Positions 39,427 to 50,308 of a stretch of DNA of 64,000 nucleotides are shown here, piece after piece. The DNA is taken from contig JBBAKM010000014.1 of assembly GCA_040403495.1 (NCBI GenBank), positions 614 to 64,613 of the forward strand, read 5' to 3'. Below the pieces are notes generated by a model that was not told where the DNA came from, ran no database searches, and worked only from the letters and a program-made list of their open reading frames with translations. Positions within the stretch are counted from its first letter, which is position 1. Each line of letters starts with the position of its first letter. The DNA is from Bacteroidia bacterium. GTDB lineage: Bacteria > Bacteroidota > Bacteroidia > NS11-12g > UBA955. A program made the translations under genes and the position numbers.

Positions 39427-41976
39427 ATGGAAGCTAAATTTTCACCACGCGTTAAAGAAGTGATTCAATTCAGTCGCGAAGAGGCAATTAGAATTGGTCA
39501 CGATTATATAGGTCCCGAACATTTGTTGCTGGGAATGATCAGAGAAGGAGAAGGGACTGCTGTAAATACTCTTAAATCTTTGGAGTTAGATGTCATAAGA
39601 TTGAAAAAATCTATTGAAGATTTAATCAGAGGAACCGCCTCTCATGTTAGTAATTTGGGAAATATTCCGCTGACAAAACAAGCTGAAAAAGCCCTTAAAA
39701 TCACTTACTTAGAAGCTAAGATTTTTAAAACAGATACCATTGGCACTGAACATCTTTTGCTTGCCATATTAAGAGACGAAGACAATGTTGCCTCTAAGGT
39801 TTTGTCACAATATGGCATTACTTACGATTTTTTTAAACAAACCCTGTTAGATGGGTTAAGTTCCGATGGGTCAAGAACCCAATTGCCTCCAAGCAATGCG
39901 TTTGAAGAAGAGGGTGGCGAACCTATGGAGGATAGAAAGTTGGAAGACTTGAAAAAGAAAAACACCAAATCAAATACACCTGTATTGGATAATTTTGGTA
40001 GAGATTTAACCAAATTGGCAGAAGATGGTAAGTTGGACCCTATTGTTGGAAGAGAAAAAGAAATTGAAAGAGTTTCTCAGATTTTATCCAGAAGAAAGAA
40101 AAACAATCCAATTTTAATTGGAGAACCCGGTGTAGGTAAAACCGCTATTGCAGAGGGTTTGGCTTTAAGAATAATTCAAAGAAAAGTATCGCGCGTTCTT
40201 TACAATAAAAGAGTTGTTACTTTAGATTTAGCCTCATTAGTGGCAGGAACTAAATACAGAGGTCAGTTTGAGGAACGTATGAAAGCCATAATGACAGAGC
40301 TTGAAAAAGCAGACGATGTAATTTTGTTTATTGATGAAATTCATACCATTGTGGGTGCCGGCGGTGCAAGCGGTAGTTTGGATGCTAGCAACATGTTTAA
40401 ACCTGCATTGGCAAGGGGCGAAGTGCAATGTATTGGTGCTACAACTTTGGATGAATACAGACAATACATTGAAAAAGATGGTGCTTTAGAAAGACGTTTT
40501 CAAATGGTAATCATTGAGCCAGCGTCTCCTGAAGAGTCCATAGAGATATTACACAATATCAAAGATAAATACGAAGATCACCACAATGTAACCTATACCG
40601 ACGAGGCAATAGAAGCTTGTGTAAGAATGAGTAATAGATACATTACCGATAGAAATTTACCTGACAAAGCTATTGATGTGTTAGACGAAGTGGGCGCTAG
40701 AGTCCATATTACCAATATTAATGTTCCCAAAGATATTCTTGACTTAGAAGCGCAAATTGAATCTATTAAACAAGAAAAGATTTCGGTTGTAAAAAGTCAA
40801 AAGTATGAAGAAGCGGCAAAGTTGAGAGATAAGGAAAAAAACTTAATCAATCAATTGGACGCGGCAAAAATAGAATGGGAAAAGGAGACTGGTAGCAACA
40901 GATTTACGGTAACTGAAGACAATGTTGCCGAAGTAATCGCCATGATGACAGGTATTCCTGTTAAGCGAATTGGCCAAAGTGAAGGTAAAAAATTACTGAC
41001 CATGGAAAGTGATATTAAGAAAAGAGTAATTGGCCAAGACAAAGCCATTGAAAAATTATCAAAGGCAATTCAAAGAACTAGAGCGGGACTTAAAGATCCA
41101 AACAAACCGATTGGGTCGTTTATTTTCTTAGGGCCTACTGGTGTTGGTAAAACAGAATTGGCAAAGGCACTTAGCGAATACATGTTCGACAGTAATGATG
41201 CTTTAATCAGAATAGACATGAGTGAGTTTATGGAAAAATTTGCCATAAGCAGATTGGTAGGAGCGCCTCCAGGTTATGTAGGGTACGAAGAAGGCGGATT
41301 GCTGACCGAAAAAGTGAGAAGAAAACCCTATTCTGTGGTGTTGTTTGATGAGGTTGAAAAAGCCCATCCAGATGTGTTTAATATTATGCTCCAAGTGTTA
41401 GATGAAGGATTTATTACTGACAGTTTGGGTCGTAAAATTGATTTCAGAAATACTGTTATTATCATGACATCCAATATTGGTTCCCGTCAATTAAAGGATT
41501 TTGGAACTGGGGTTGGTTTTGCCACTTCCAATAAATTAGCCAGCAATGAGTCAGAAAGCAAGCAAGTGATTGAAGGAGCTTTAAAGAAATTTTTCTCACC
41601 TGAGTTTTTAAATCGTATTGACGATATTATTGTATTCAATAGTTTAGAGAAACATGATATTTTGAATATTTTAGAGATTCAAATGAAGAAAATGTTGAAA
41701 CGCATCGAAGATTTGGGTTACAAAATAGAATTGTCACAAGAAGCAAAAGAGTTTATTGCAGAACAAGGTTTTGACAGTAAATTTGGTGCACGACCATTGC
41801 ACAGAGCCATACAGAAGTATTTGGAAGATCCCTTGGCAGAAGAGATTCTAAAAGGTGATATTGTAGAAGGTTCAGTGGTTAATATTGAACTCGACAAAGA
41901 ATCCAATCTTTTGAAAGTGATTAAAGATTTACCGCCAACGACTCCCAAAAAAACCAGAAAACTCAAAGGAGAATAA
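39427..41976 (+). CDS. clpC: ATP-dependent Clp protease ATP-binding subunit
   Basis: Clp-N repeats, Walker A GEPGVGKT and [11 protein letters not shown]-like middle domain, GARPL. Confidence 0.96.
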   Translation: MEAKFSPRVKEVIQFSREEAIRIGHDYIGPEHLLLGMIREGEGTAVNTLKSLELDVIRLKKSIEDLIRGTASHVSNLGNIPLTKQAEKALKITYLEAKIFKTDTIGTEHLLLAILRDEDNVASKVLSQYGITYDFFKQTLLDGLSSDGSRTQLPPSNAFEEEGGEPMEDRKLEDLKKKNTKSNTPVLDNFGRDLTKLAEDGKLDPIVGREKEIERVSQILSRRKKNNPILIGEPGVGKTAIAEGLALRIIQRKVSRVLYNKRVVTLDLASLVAGTKYRGQFEERMKAIMTELEKADDVILFIDEIHTIVGAGGASGSLDASNMFKPALARGEVQCIGATTLDEYRQYIEKDGALERRFQMVIIEPASPEESIEILHNIKDKYEDHHNVTYTDEAIEACVRMSNRYITDRNLPDKAIDVLDEVGARVHITNINVPKDILDLEAQIESIKQEKISVVKSQKYEEAAKLRDKEKNLINQLDAAKIEWEKETGSNRFTVTEDNVAEVIAMMTGIPVKRIGQSEGKKLLTMESDIKKRVIGQDKAIEKLSKAIQRTRAGLKDPNKPIGSFIFLGPTGVGKTELAKALSEYMFDSNDALIRIDMSEFMEKFAISRLVGAPPGYVGYEEGGLLTEKVRRKPYSVVLFDEVEKAHPDVFNIMLQVLDEGFITDSLGRKIDFRNTVIIMTSNIGSRQLKDFGTGVGFATSNKLASNESESKQVIEGALKKFFSPEFLNRIDDIIVFNSLEKHDILNILEIQMKKMLKRIEDLGYKIELSQEAKEFIAEQGFDSKFGARPLHRAIQKYLEDPLAEEILKGDIVEGSVVNIELDKESNLLKVIKDLPPTTPKKTRKLKGE

Positions 41977-42084
41977 AGGTAGTCAACATTTGATAAAGGC
42001 CGTTTATTTATTTTATCAGTGTTTTTTATTTTGAATCATACAGAGACAGTTTAACAGGTTTATCAATAGATTAATAAATTAAAA

Positions 42085-42849
42085 ATGAAACACTTGTTAT
42101 ACAAGCTAAGCATCTTATTCCTGATTGTTTTTCAAGCGACATCAATGAGTGCGCAAGCTATGCTTGATTTAGAAACGGGAGCTGTATTTTCAGGTTATAA
42201 CAATGTCAGAATTCCTGGTAATTTGGGTACCAATTTTTCGCTTAAAAATGATTTAAAACCTCAAGTAACCCCGTTTTACCGTTTAAGAGGAAGTTATGTT
42301 ATAAAAAAGCGCCATTCGTTTTCTGTATTGTATGCACCACTCAAAATAAAATCAGAAGGCAATGTCGCAAAAGACATCTTTTTTCAAGGTGTTTTGTTCC
42401 CGGCAAACACTGATCTTAAAGGGACTTATCAATTTAATTCATACAGACTTACGTACCGGTATGATATCATCAGCAAACCTAAATTTGTTTTTGGTTTAGG
42501 GTTTACAGGAAAAATTAGAGATGCTAAAATTGCACTTTCTGCGCCCGGACTTAATGCTGAGAGAGGGAATGTTGGATTTGTGCCAATTGTAAATTTTAGA
42601 TTCAAATGGAATATAGATGATAAATTTGGATTAATTCTAGAAGGCGATGCGCTTGCAGCACCTCAAGGTAGAGCGGAAGATATTCAATTGGCCGCAACCT
42701 ATCAAAAGTCAGACAACATCGGTTTTCGTGCAGGTTATCGTATGCTTGAAGGTGGCGCAGGAAATAATTCAGTTTATAATTTCACCCTTATTCACTACGC
42801 CTCATTTGGAATAACTTATACGTTTGTTCGTAAGAACTCGAGCAATTAA
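42085..42849 (+). CDS. Outer-membrane beta-barrel protein
   Basis: Signal peptide, YNNVRIPG, FNSYRLTYRY, AAPQGRAED, C-terminal GITYTF. Confidence 0.7.
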   Translation: MKHLLYKLSILFLIVFQATSMSAQAMLDLETGAVFSGYNNVRIPGNLGTNFSLKNDLKPQVTPFYRLRGSYVIKKRHSFSVLYAPLKIKSEGNVAKDIFFQGVLFPANTDLKGTYQFNSYRLTYRYDIISKPKFVFGLGFTGKIRDAKIALSAPGLNAERGNVGFVPIVNFRFKWNIDDKFGLILEGDALAAPQGRAEDIQLAATYQKSDNIGFRAGYRMLEGGAGNNSVYNFTLIHYASFGITYTFVRKNSSN

Positions 42850-42871
42850 TTTAATAAATTCAATGGTTTTT

Positions 42872-43552
42872 ATGATGTCGCCACTCTGCGGATAGTGTCA
42901 ATTATTAATCATTCAACAATTTTAACTAGATAGATTCTGAAACCTGTGCTGAACTTGATTCTGGCTGAATGTCGGTTTATTCAACAACTAAACAACTAAA
43001 CGAATAAACAACTAAACAATCACGCTGCACGGCGTGAAACAATTTCCCCTTGCTGTCATGTCGACGAAGGAGACATCTTTTCCTGACAGCTATTTTAAAG
43101 AGAACCAAGATACCTCCTTTGTCGGTATGACAATACCATAAAAAGATTCTGAAACCTGTGCTGAACTTGATTCAGAATGAATGTCGGATTATTCAACAAC
43201 TAAACACCCTTCGAGAGCACTTCGACAAGCTCAGTACAAGCTCTCTCACGTGCCTAGGCTCAGCCTAGTGGGTGACAAAAGGGTAATATAACAATCACGC
43301 TGCACGGCGTGAAACAATTTCCCCTTGCTGTCATGTCGACGAAGGAGACATCTTTTCCTGACAGCTATTTTAAAGAGAACCAAGATACCTCCTTTGTCGG
43401 TATGACAATACCATAAAAAGATTCTGAAACCTGTGCTGAACTTGATTCAGAATGAATGTCGGATTATTCAACAACTAAACACCCTTCGAGAGCACTTCGA
43501 CAAGCTCAGTACAAGCTCTCTCACGTGCCTAGGCTCAGCCTAGTGGGTGACA
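42872..43552. repeat. Composite REP-like palindrome mosaic; about 263-bp unit duplicated with a 275-bp period, plus a partial upstream copy
   Basis: 43015-43277 and 43290-43552 read identically. Each holds the TGTCATGTCGACGAAGGAGACATCT / AGATACCTCCTTTGTCGGTATGACA inverted pair, ATTCTGAA..TTCAGAAT and CTTCGACAAGCTCAG. A partial copy lies at about 42932-42995. Confidence 0.9.
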
Positions 43553-43624
43553 CCTAAACACCTAAACACCTAAACACCTAAACAACTAAACAACTAAACA
43601 ACTAAACAACTAAACGCCTAAACA
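43553..43624. repeat. Octamer tandem repeat (C/A)CTAAACA x9
   Basis: Counted directly; a shorter degenerate run occurs at about 42982-43018. Confidence 0.92.
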
Positions 43625-43625
43625 C

Positions 43626-44903
43626 TCAGGCTTCACGGTGTGACATTAAATTAAACGACATCACTATTGGGATAGATACGAATAATGAAACCATAAACAA
43701 GTAGTGGTAGGGAACGACAATGAAGGCATAAAAGCCAATAAGGCAGATTTTTAAAGTGATTAACTGGATTTGTTCTGGCTTTAATTTTGATTTGTTTTTA
43801 ACGAAAAACCATACGCTTAATAATGGCAAAAGGAGGTTGATAATCGTTTGTAGTTTAACAAACGATTCTATCTTGTCAACTAATGTTCCAGGCCAGTACA
43901 GATAGTAATAGCTGGCAAATCCGAGACCGTTAAACAATTGATAGGGGTTGTCGCCAGGTTGTTGCCACGCTTGTCCTTTCCATTCTTGAATATAAACGGG
44001 AATAAATGCGCCAAAACTGTCAGTTAAAAGTCCAGGATACTTGGAGATATAAGGAATAATAAAAAAGGCCAATGCAAACAAGACACAAAGGGCCGAAAGG
44101 ATTATCGTTTGTTTCTTGTTTTTGATAAAGCTAGAATAAATATAAAACGGAGTCCACAACACAATGGAATATCTCGACATTAAAATGCTAGACAATCCGA
44201 TAGCTTTTGAAAGCGTATTGCCATAAATTAATGCAACCGCAAAAAAGAGGTAGTAGGCAGATATAAGCGTTTCAATAGTGTGGCCAATAATTACTTTGTC
44301 GTCAATATAAAAGCTAAATAAGATAAAAAATGGCAAACTAATTTTTAGGAAAATAGTGAATTGATGACTAGAGGTGTTGATGGTTTTAACGGTGTAATAT
44401 AAAAAACTTAAAAGTAAAACCAAAAGAGCTGCCATTCGATAGTCGGTATGCGTAAGTTCGGCACCAACAAAGGGTAGCCAATGCATGGGAAAGTAGTTGG
44501 GGGTCCAAGAATAAGTGCCTTTGTCAATAGGGGTATAAACAAACTCTTGGTTTATAAAGCGACTGACATAGACATTTTGTGTCGTTGGGATAATGTCTGA
44601 AACGACAATGTCTATGGGAGTTGAGTTGAAAAATGAATTAAAAAAAACAATTGTAAATAGAGCAGCCAGAGAAAAAAACAGGTAATACACTTTTTTGTGC
44701 TTACCAATTGGGGTTTCAATTTGAGGGGTATTGTTTTGTTTTTCGAATAATTGGAAAGCTTGGAATAATAGTAAGCAAGAGAGGAATGTATTGAAAAGAG
44801 AATTTACAGTTGAGGGAAGCCAATTTTTACCAAAAGTATAAAAGCATATTTCCAAAAAGAAAATGGCATACAGAAAAACGACTGACTTATTGAGTTTCAA
44901 CAT
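43626..44903 (-). CDS. Polytopic membrane protein, possibly GT-C/GT87-like glycosyltransferase
   Basis: About 10 hydrophobic segments; SDIIP and NYFP motifs in the first large loop. Function inferred only. Confidence 0.5.
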   Translation of the reverse strand: MLKLNKSVVFLYAIFFLEICFYTFGKNWLPSTVNSLFNTFLSCLLLFQAFQLFEKQNNTPQIETPIGKHKKVYYLFFSLAALFTIVFFNSFFNSTPIDIVVSDIIPTTQNVYVSRFINQEFVYTPIDKGTYSWTPNYFPMHWLPFVGAELTHTDYRMAALLVLLLSFLYYTVKTINTSSHQFTIFLKISLPFFILFSFYIDDKVIIGHTIETLISAYYLFFAVALIYGNTLSKAIGLSSILMSRYSIVLWTPFYIYSSFIKNKKQTIILSALCVLFALAFFIIPYISKYPGLLTDSFGAFIPVYIQEWKGQAWQQPGDNPYQLFNGLGFASYYYLYWPGTLVDKIESFVKLQTIINLLLPLLSVWFFVKNKSKLKPEQIQLITLKICLIGFYAFIVVPYHYLFMVSLFVSIPIVMSFNLMSHREA

Positions 44904-44967
44904 GAGATGCAAAACTATTAAAATTTATGTATTCCAGAAGAACAAAGAAAAAAAAGAAAAAAGAGGC

Positions 44968-44997
44968 AAAAAAAAATCTCCTTTTGGGGAGATTTTT
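44968..44997 (-). terminator. Intrinsic terminator of rpoD
   Basis: AAAAATCTCC...GGAGATTTTT stem, with a long T-run on the minus strand. Confidence 0.75.
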
Positions 44998-45006
44998 AGA
45001 TTAGGA

Positions 45007-45870
45007 TTAACCTAAGTATGTTTTTAGGATTTTGCTTTTAGATGATTTTCTTAATCTTCTAAGTGCTTTTTCTTTGATTTGTCTAACACGTTCTCTTGTA
45101 AGGCCAACTTTCTCAGAAATATCTTCGAGGGTGTGAGCTGGTCCACCGTCTAAGCCGTAATAGTATTTCAAAACATCACGTTCTTTTTCGCTAAGGGTAG
45201 AGATAACACGGTTAATTTCTTTTTGCAAAGATTCGTTCATCAACGGAACGTCAGGATTAGGTTCGTCGTTGTTATCAAGAACACCAAGTAGGGTGTTGTC
45301 TTCACCTTCGGTGAGGGGAGCGTCAATAGACAAGTGTCTTCCGCTTGACTTAAGGGCATTTTCAACCTCAATAAGAGGAATTTCCAACATTTGAGCAATT
45401 TCTTCAGCGGTAGGTTCTCTTTCAAATTCTTGTTCAAGTTTGGCAGCAGCGGCGCTGATACGACCGATAGAGCCTACTTTGTTAAGAGGTAAACGAACAA
45501 TACGAGATTGGTCGGCCAAGGCTTGAAGGATTGATTGACGAATCCACCATACAGCGTAAGAGATGAATTTAAAACCTCTAGTTTCGTCAAAACGTTTAGC
45601 AGCTTTAATTAAACCTAAGTTACCTTCATTGATTAAATCACCAAGCGTTAAACCTTGGTTTTGGTATTGTTTACTAACAGAAACCACGAAACGTAGGTTA
45701 GCATTTACTAATTTCTCTAGAGCAGCTTGGTCGCCTTCTCTGATTCTTCTGGCGAGTTCCACCTCTTCTTGAGCGTCAATCATTTGAACCTTTGAAATTT
45801 CGTTCAAATATTTGTCAAGAGATTTGTTCTCACGATTTGTAAATTGTTTTGATATTTTAAGCTGTCTCAT
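45007..45870 (-). CDS. rpoD: Primary sigma factor, Bacteroidota type lacking region 1.1
   Basis: [53 protein letters not shown]. Confidence 0.93.
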   Translation of the reverse strand: MRQLKISKQFTNRENKSLDKYLNEISKVQMIDAQEEVELARRIREGDQAALEKLVNANLRFVVSVSKQYQNQGLTLGDLINEGNLGLIKAAKRFDETRGFKFISYAVWWIRQSILQALADQSRIVRLPLNKVGSIGRISAAAAKLEQEFEREPTAEEIAQMLEIPLIEVENALKSSGRHLSIDAPLTEGEDNTLLGVLDNNDEPNPDVPLMNESLQKEINRVISTLSEKERDVLKYYYGLDGGPAHTLEDISEKVGLTRERVRQIKEKALRRLRKSSKSKILKTYLG

Positions 45871-45972
45871 TTATTTTATGGTAGGTCTAAATCTTAGAAA
45901 AAAGTTTGCAAATATACGAATTTTGGATTAAAAAAGAGTAGATTTTGCTAGGAATTTCAAGTACTTCATAGC

Positions 45973-45988
45973 TGCAAAAACCTTGCCA
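45973..45988 (-). promoter_or_regulatory. Candidate sigma54 -24/-12 promoter upstream of rpoD
   Basis: Minus strand reads TGGCAAGGTTTTTGCA (GG-N10-GC). Confidence 0.45.
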
Positions 45989-46246
45989 AATATTCGACTT
46001 GCTTATATTGTCTCAATTAACTTCCAATAAATCTTGATTCTAGAGATTAGAGATTTGTTTTTGATGTATGATACTGCTTTTTTTATTATACTATTGTTTT
46101 TTTGAATTTTGTTTTATATTTTAATATAAACGCAGATTTATGTCACATATTTGAGTGTTTTATTTGTAAATAATTGTGGATATAAATAAATGAATATATT
46201 GTGTTTTAGTATAATGTTTGTTATTTTTGAATTAATTAAAAAAACG

Positions 46247-49200
46247 ATGAATCTAAAATTAAGTAAAAATACAATCCATTTATCTGTTTTGATTTCTGAA
46301 TCGGTGAACTGCATTTTGAATAATGTGAGAGGTTTGATGTTTTTTTCTTTATTGTTTTTTTTTATGGTAGTTTTTTCATCTAGTGTTTTTTCTCAATGTG
46401 ATACCAATAAAATAAGTACAAATCCCGAAAATCCAATAAGTTCAGATTTTGATGGACTAATGAAAATGTACAATTTTAAAATTAATCCATTTAAAAATAC
46501 TTGGAATTGGGGGGCGAGCACAGACAATAATTTTAATACTATATTGCTAAATATGAATGCTGGGTTTATGTTAAAGAACTTCAATGGAAGTATGGTTTCG
46601 CCATACAGTCTTAATATGCCCTCAGAGTATAATTATCTCAATCAAAATGGTGCCCTTCCACAAAATTGTGATATTCATTGGCAAGATGGTTGGGAGTTGA
46701 TGCTGATGAACTTAGGTTTTTATCCCAATAAAGAAAAAACGAATGATAGTAATTACCTAAGAGTTATTCCTCGTCAATCAGCTCTTTCAAATCCGGAATT
46801 TCCTTATTTTGTTTTATATAACAGATACAATGGGATTTTGCGTTTTTTTGGTAGTTACCATCAGAATTTTAATAATACTTTAAGGGATAACATTGGGATT
46901 ACTATTGGTGATATGTTGGCAAAAAAAGGAAGTAAAGTGGGCGCGGTTTTTAGGCATATTGGGAGCTATGACAGGCCTCTAGATCAAAATACTATTCATG
47001 CCTATGCTTCTAGTTTTAACAGGAATCCTAAAAATAACATATTGTGGTTTTCTTCTGATTATCAGTTAGCTTTCGATCCTTGTATTTGTGAAAGTTCAAG
47101 TTTATTTCAAATAGATGCTTTTGTTTTTGATGATGATGATGTTATGGTTGACGATTATTTTAATGGGAAATCAAATAAGTTGTTGCCAAAGTTTGAAGAA
47201 TTTATTGCCAATCATAGTATTCGCTATAGATACTCTACAGGTTCAGGTTTATTGGTCTATAAATCCTATGAGATGATGATAAATAATAATCAACTTTCTC
47301 AAAAAAATTTAAATAGGTTATCAAAGCAAAGTCGTGGTGATTTACTCGCAAAGCTTGATGTTTTTAAGATAAGTAGTAGCATGCAGAAAAACGGACTTTT
47401 AGGCAATGAGGTTATTAGTGACACAACCATAGATTATTTAAAAAGGGTTTTAAAAAATAATTTAACTTTTTTGTCTTCTAGTAATTTACTGAATCAATTT
47501 AAAAATGGGTCTAAATTGATTTTAGGTAAAGATTATAATTTTTTTTCAAACCAGACTCTAAATCCTGTTCAGTCAAATCGGGGTTACATAAATAGAATGC
47601 CCTCTGTTGTAAAGCGTGATTTTAATATCTCTGGATCATATAATACAAATGGGAGTGCTTTTTTAACTAATTTTTTTGCACCAGGAAGCTTTAATTCTAT
47701 AAAAAATGGATTAGATATGCCTAGTTATCCTATTTATAATAAACCGGTTGGTCTGTTTGCTTTGTTAAAAACGCCATCCCTTAGTTTTTTAGCAGTCAGA
47801 CCTGAATTTTTGAATTTTCAATGGAAAAATTTAGAGTCTGGGGGTAAGGTTGAGTTAGTTGAAAAAAAGAAAAGACATTATTTAATAACTAAAATTGAGA
47901 AAAATATTACATCAACAAAAATACCTCACCATCTTGTTGCACAAATTGAATATGAACAATCTGTTTATTTCAAATTAAAACAGAATTTGTTTTATAAATT
48001 GAATCATTCTGTTGATTTTGATTTTGAGAAAACAAAGCTTTATGTTAGTTTCATGATAGAGTATGAATCAAAAGCTCCTATTGTTGACTATTATCAAAAT
48101 AGTAAGTATGGAATAGGGGCTGGTGAGAGAGGGGTTGATTTGTCGGAATCAAATTTATCTGTTTATCAGCATTTTATAAAGGATGGTAAACTAAATAATG
48201 AAAAATTGATACTACAAACAAATTGGGAAGAGGTAAAACACTCCGGTGAATTATTGTTTGGTGGTAAAATGAAGGTTCAGATGCACAAAAAGATAGCATC
48301 AGGGGAGTTTGTGAAAACATCAACAGAAGTAAAGCGTACTAATTTACTTAAAAATAAAGTTGATAAATACAATGAAGATGTAACCGAAGAATTAAATTAC
48401 TCTGATTATGTTACTTCAATAGAGGATTACGAAAATACTATCAATGAAACTATTGATAAAAACCAATACATCATTAAAAGGGTTACTATGAAATTAATGT
48501 CGGATATGTATTTTAAACAAGAAAATAGTATTGGAGGGCAAACTAATACAAATCAGGTGTTTACGTATTTGATTTTTGATTCAGAGCAAAAAGTAGATTT
48601 AATATCTGAATATGGAGAGTGGGTGAAAGGTTCTGGTTTTAAAGGGTTAGTGAAATACAATCCTGGAGTTCTAAATCTTGATAATGAAGAAATAACAATA
48701 GATAAGCCTTATGTAAGTTCTGTGGTAGGAAATGAAATAAATGTAAATTATGAATACATCAATTTATTTGGGAATATTTCGGTTCAAACAGGTTATAAAG
48801 TTAATTTAAATGCTTATTATTCAATTGAAACTATTGGAAATGCGAATGTTTCTTCGGGACTTAATTTAACTATTAAAAAAGATTATTATGGAATGCCTAT
48901 TACACAAGAAGCCACACAAGAATATGTGAATTCATATTGTTCAGGTCCCCAAAAAAAATATAAGGCAGATGAATTTGATGACAATCCATATACTTTTTTT
49001 CTGCCTAAATCAGAAAACATAAGTGTTAAAGGAAGTCCAATTGAATTTTTAGTTTTTCCTAATCCCTCAAATAATATGTTTAATGTCAATGTCAATAACA
49101 ACAATGAAAAAGACTACGAAGTGCTTTTATTTGATTTGGCTGGCAAACTTGTTTTTAAAATGGGTTACAGTGGAAAACAAAATACTCAACAAATAGAAAC

Positions 49201-49294
49201 AACAGGTTTTTCTGCGGGTATTTATGTAGTTAAATTGATTTGTGGGGAGTATCAGAATACTCAAAAATTAGTTCTTCACAACAATGGATATTAA
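46247..49294 (+). CDS. Large secreted protein of unknown function with T9SS type A C-terminal domain (paralog of 12653-15211)
   Basis: DGWEL, PYFVLYNRYNGILRFF, FDPCIC, YNKPVGLFALLKTP; CTD VFPNPS...GIYVVKL...KLVL. Start chosen after the TATTTTTG box at 46222-46229. Confidence 0.8.
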   Translation: MNLKLSKNTIHLSVLISESVNCILNNVRGLMFFSLLFFFMVVFSSSVFSQCDTNKISTNPENPISSDFDGLMKMYNFKINPFKNTWNWGASTDNNFNTILLNMNAGFMLKNFNGSMVSPYSLNMPSEYNYLNQNGALPQNCDIHWQDGWELMLMNLGFYPNKEKTNDSNYLRVIPRQSALSNPEFPYFVLYNRYNGILRFFGSYHQNFNNTLRDNIGITIGDMLAKKGSKVGAVFRHIGSYDRPLDQNTIHAYASSFNRNPKNNILWFSSDYQLAFDPCICESSSLFQIDAFVFDDDDVMVDDYFNGKSNKLLPKFEEFIANHSIRYRYSTGSGLLVYKSYEMMINNNQLSQKNLNRLSKQSRGDLLAKLDVFKISSSMQKNGLLGNEVISDTTIDYLKRVLKNNLTFLSSSNLLNQFKNGSKLILGKDYNFFSNQTLNPVQSNRGYINRMPSVVKRDFNISGSYNTNGSAFLTNFFAPGSFNSIKNGLDMPSYPIYNKPVGLFALLKTPSLSFLAVRPEFLNFQWKNLESGGKVELVEKKKRHYLITKIEKNITSTKIPHHLVAQIEYEQSVYFKLKQNLFYKLNHSVDFDFEKTKLYVSFMIEYESKAPIVDYYQNSKYGIGAGERGVDLSESNLSVYQHFIKDGKLNNEKLILQTNWEEVKHSGELLFGGKMKVQMHKKIASGEFVKTSTEVKRTNLLKNKVDKYNEDVTEELNYSDYVTSIEDYENTINETIDKNQYIIKRVTMKLMSDMYFKQENSIGGQTNTNQVFTYLIFDSEQKVDLISEYGEWVKGSGFKGLVKYNPGVLNLDNEEITIDKPYVSSVVGNEINVNYEYINLFGNISVQTGYKVNLNAYYSIETIGNANVSSGLNLTIKKDYYGMPITQEATQEYVNSYCSGPQKKYKADEFDDNPYTFFLPKSENISVKGSPIEFLVFPNPSNNMFNVNVNNNNEKDYEVLLFDLAGKLVFKMGYSGKQNTQQIETTGFSAGIYVVKLICGEYQNTQKLVLHNNGY

Positions 49295-49328
49295 AAAAGT
49301 CGATGATTATGTATTCGTCGACTTTTTT
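49293..49328 (+). terminator. Intrinsic terminator
   Basis: AAAAAAGTCGA...TCGACTTTTTT. Confidence 0.75.
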
Positions 49329-49491
49329 GTAGGTTTTATAAAGGGAAACAAATTTCAAAACGTTGCTTTATTGCTTTTTTAAAAATATTTGATTTGTATC
49401 ATTATTCTAAAATCAATAAACTTATAAGTCAAATTTATTTTTAATAGCGCGAAGCTTGATGTATATTCGCAAAATAAAATAAATAAATATT

Positions 49492-50100
49492 ATGTCATTC
49501 CAATTACCAGAATTAAAATACGCTTACAATGCTTTAGAGCCATTTATTGATGCTAGAACCATGGAAATTCACCATTCTAAACATCACAATGCTTATGTGA
49601 CCAATTTGAACGCTGCTGCTGCAGGAACAGAAATGGAAAACATGTCTATTGAGGATATTTGTAAAAACATAAGTAAATACCCTGTTGCTGTTAGAAACAA
49701 TGGTGGTGGTCATTACAATCACTCTTTGTTTTGGGATATTTTAGCAAAACACGATGGTGCACAACCTCAAGGTTCTCTTGCTGATGCTATTAACAATGAC
49801 TTAGGTGGTTTTGAGAAATTCAAAGAAGATTTTTCTAAAGCTGCAGCTACTCGTTTCGGAAGTGGATGGGCTTGGTTATGTGTTGAAAATGGTAAACTTA
49901 AAATTTGTAGCACTGCCAATCAAGACAATCCATTAATGGACATTGAAGGTGTAAGATGTGGAACTCCTATCTTAGGTTTAGATGTGTGGGAACATGCTTA
50001 TTATTTACATTACCAAAACAGACGTCCTGACTATATCTCTTCATTCTTTAATTTAATCAATTGGGATGAGGTAAGCAGAAGATACACTGCAGCTTTGTAG
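49492..50100 (+). CDS. sodA: Superoxide dismutase (Mn/Fe family, Mn-type signature)
   Basis: [35 protein letters not shown]. Confidence 0.93.
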   Translation: MSFQLPELKYAYNALEPFIDARTMEIHHSKHHNAYVTNLNAAAAGTEMENMSIEDICKNISKYPVAVRNNGGGHYNHSLFWDILAKHDGAQPQGSLADAINNDLGGFEKFKEDFSKAAATRFGSGWAWLCVENGKLKICSTANQDNPLMDIEGVRCGTPILGLDVWEHAYYLHYQNRRPDYISSFFNLINWDEVSRRYTAAL

Positions 50101-50113
50101 TTCTAAAAAGATT

Positions 50114-50155
50114 AAAAAAAAGTCCTAATGAATGTTTTTCATTAGGACTTTTTTT
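50114..50155 (+). terminator. Intrinsic terminator of sod
   Basis: AAAAAAAGTCCTAATGAA...TTCATTAGGACTTTTTTT. Confidence 0.85.
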
Positions 50156-50308
50156 ATGAATGAGTATTTTTACGTTGTTTATTGTTGGTTTATTTGAATT
50201 TTGTTAGATATAATGTCCTAATTATGAGTAGTTTTACTTTTTTTTAATAGAAATTTTGTACTTTGTATTATTAAATCCTATTATTGTAAGGCTAATCGCA
50301 ATTTATAA

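Noticed and set aside
43015-43552. Autonomous IS element or tRNA
   Set aside because: No transposase ORF and no cloverleaf or T-loop consensus.
42872-43624. CRISPR array or guide-RNA array
   Set aside because: The units are long and identical with no series of unique spacers, and there are no cas or other nuclease genes nearby.
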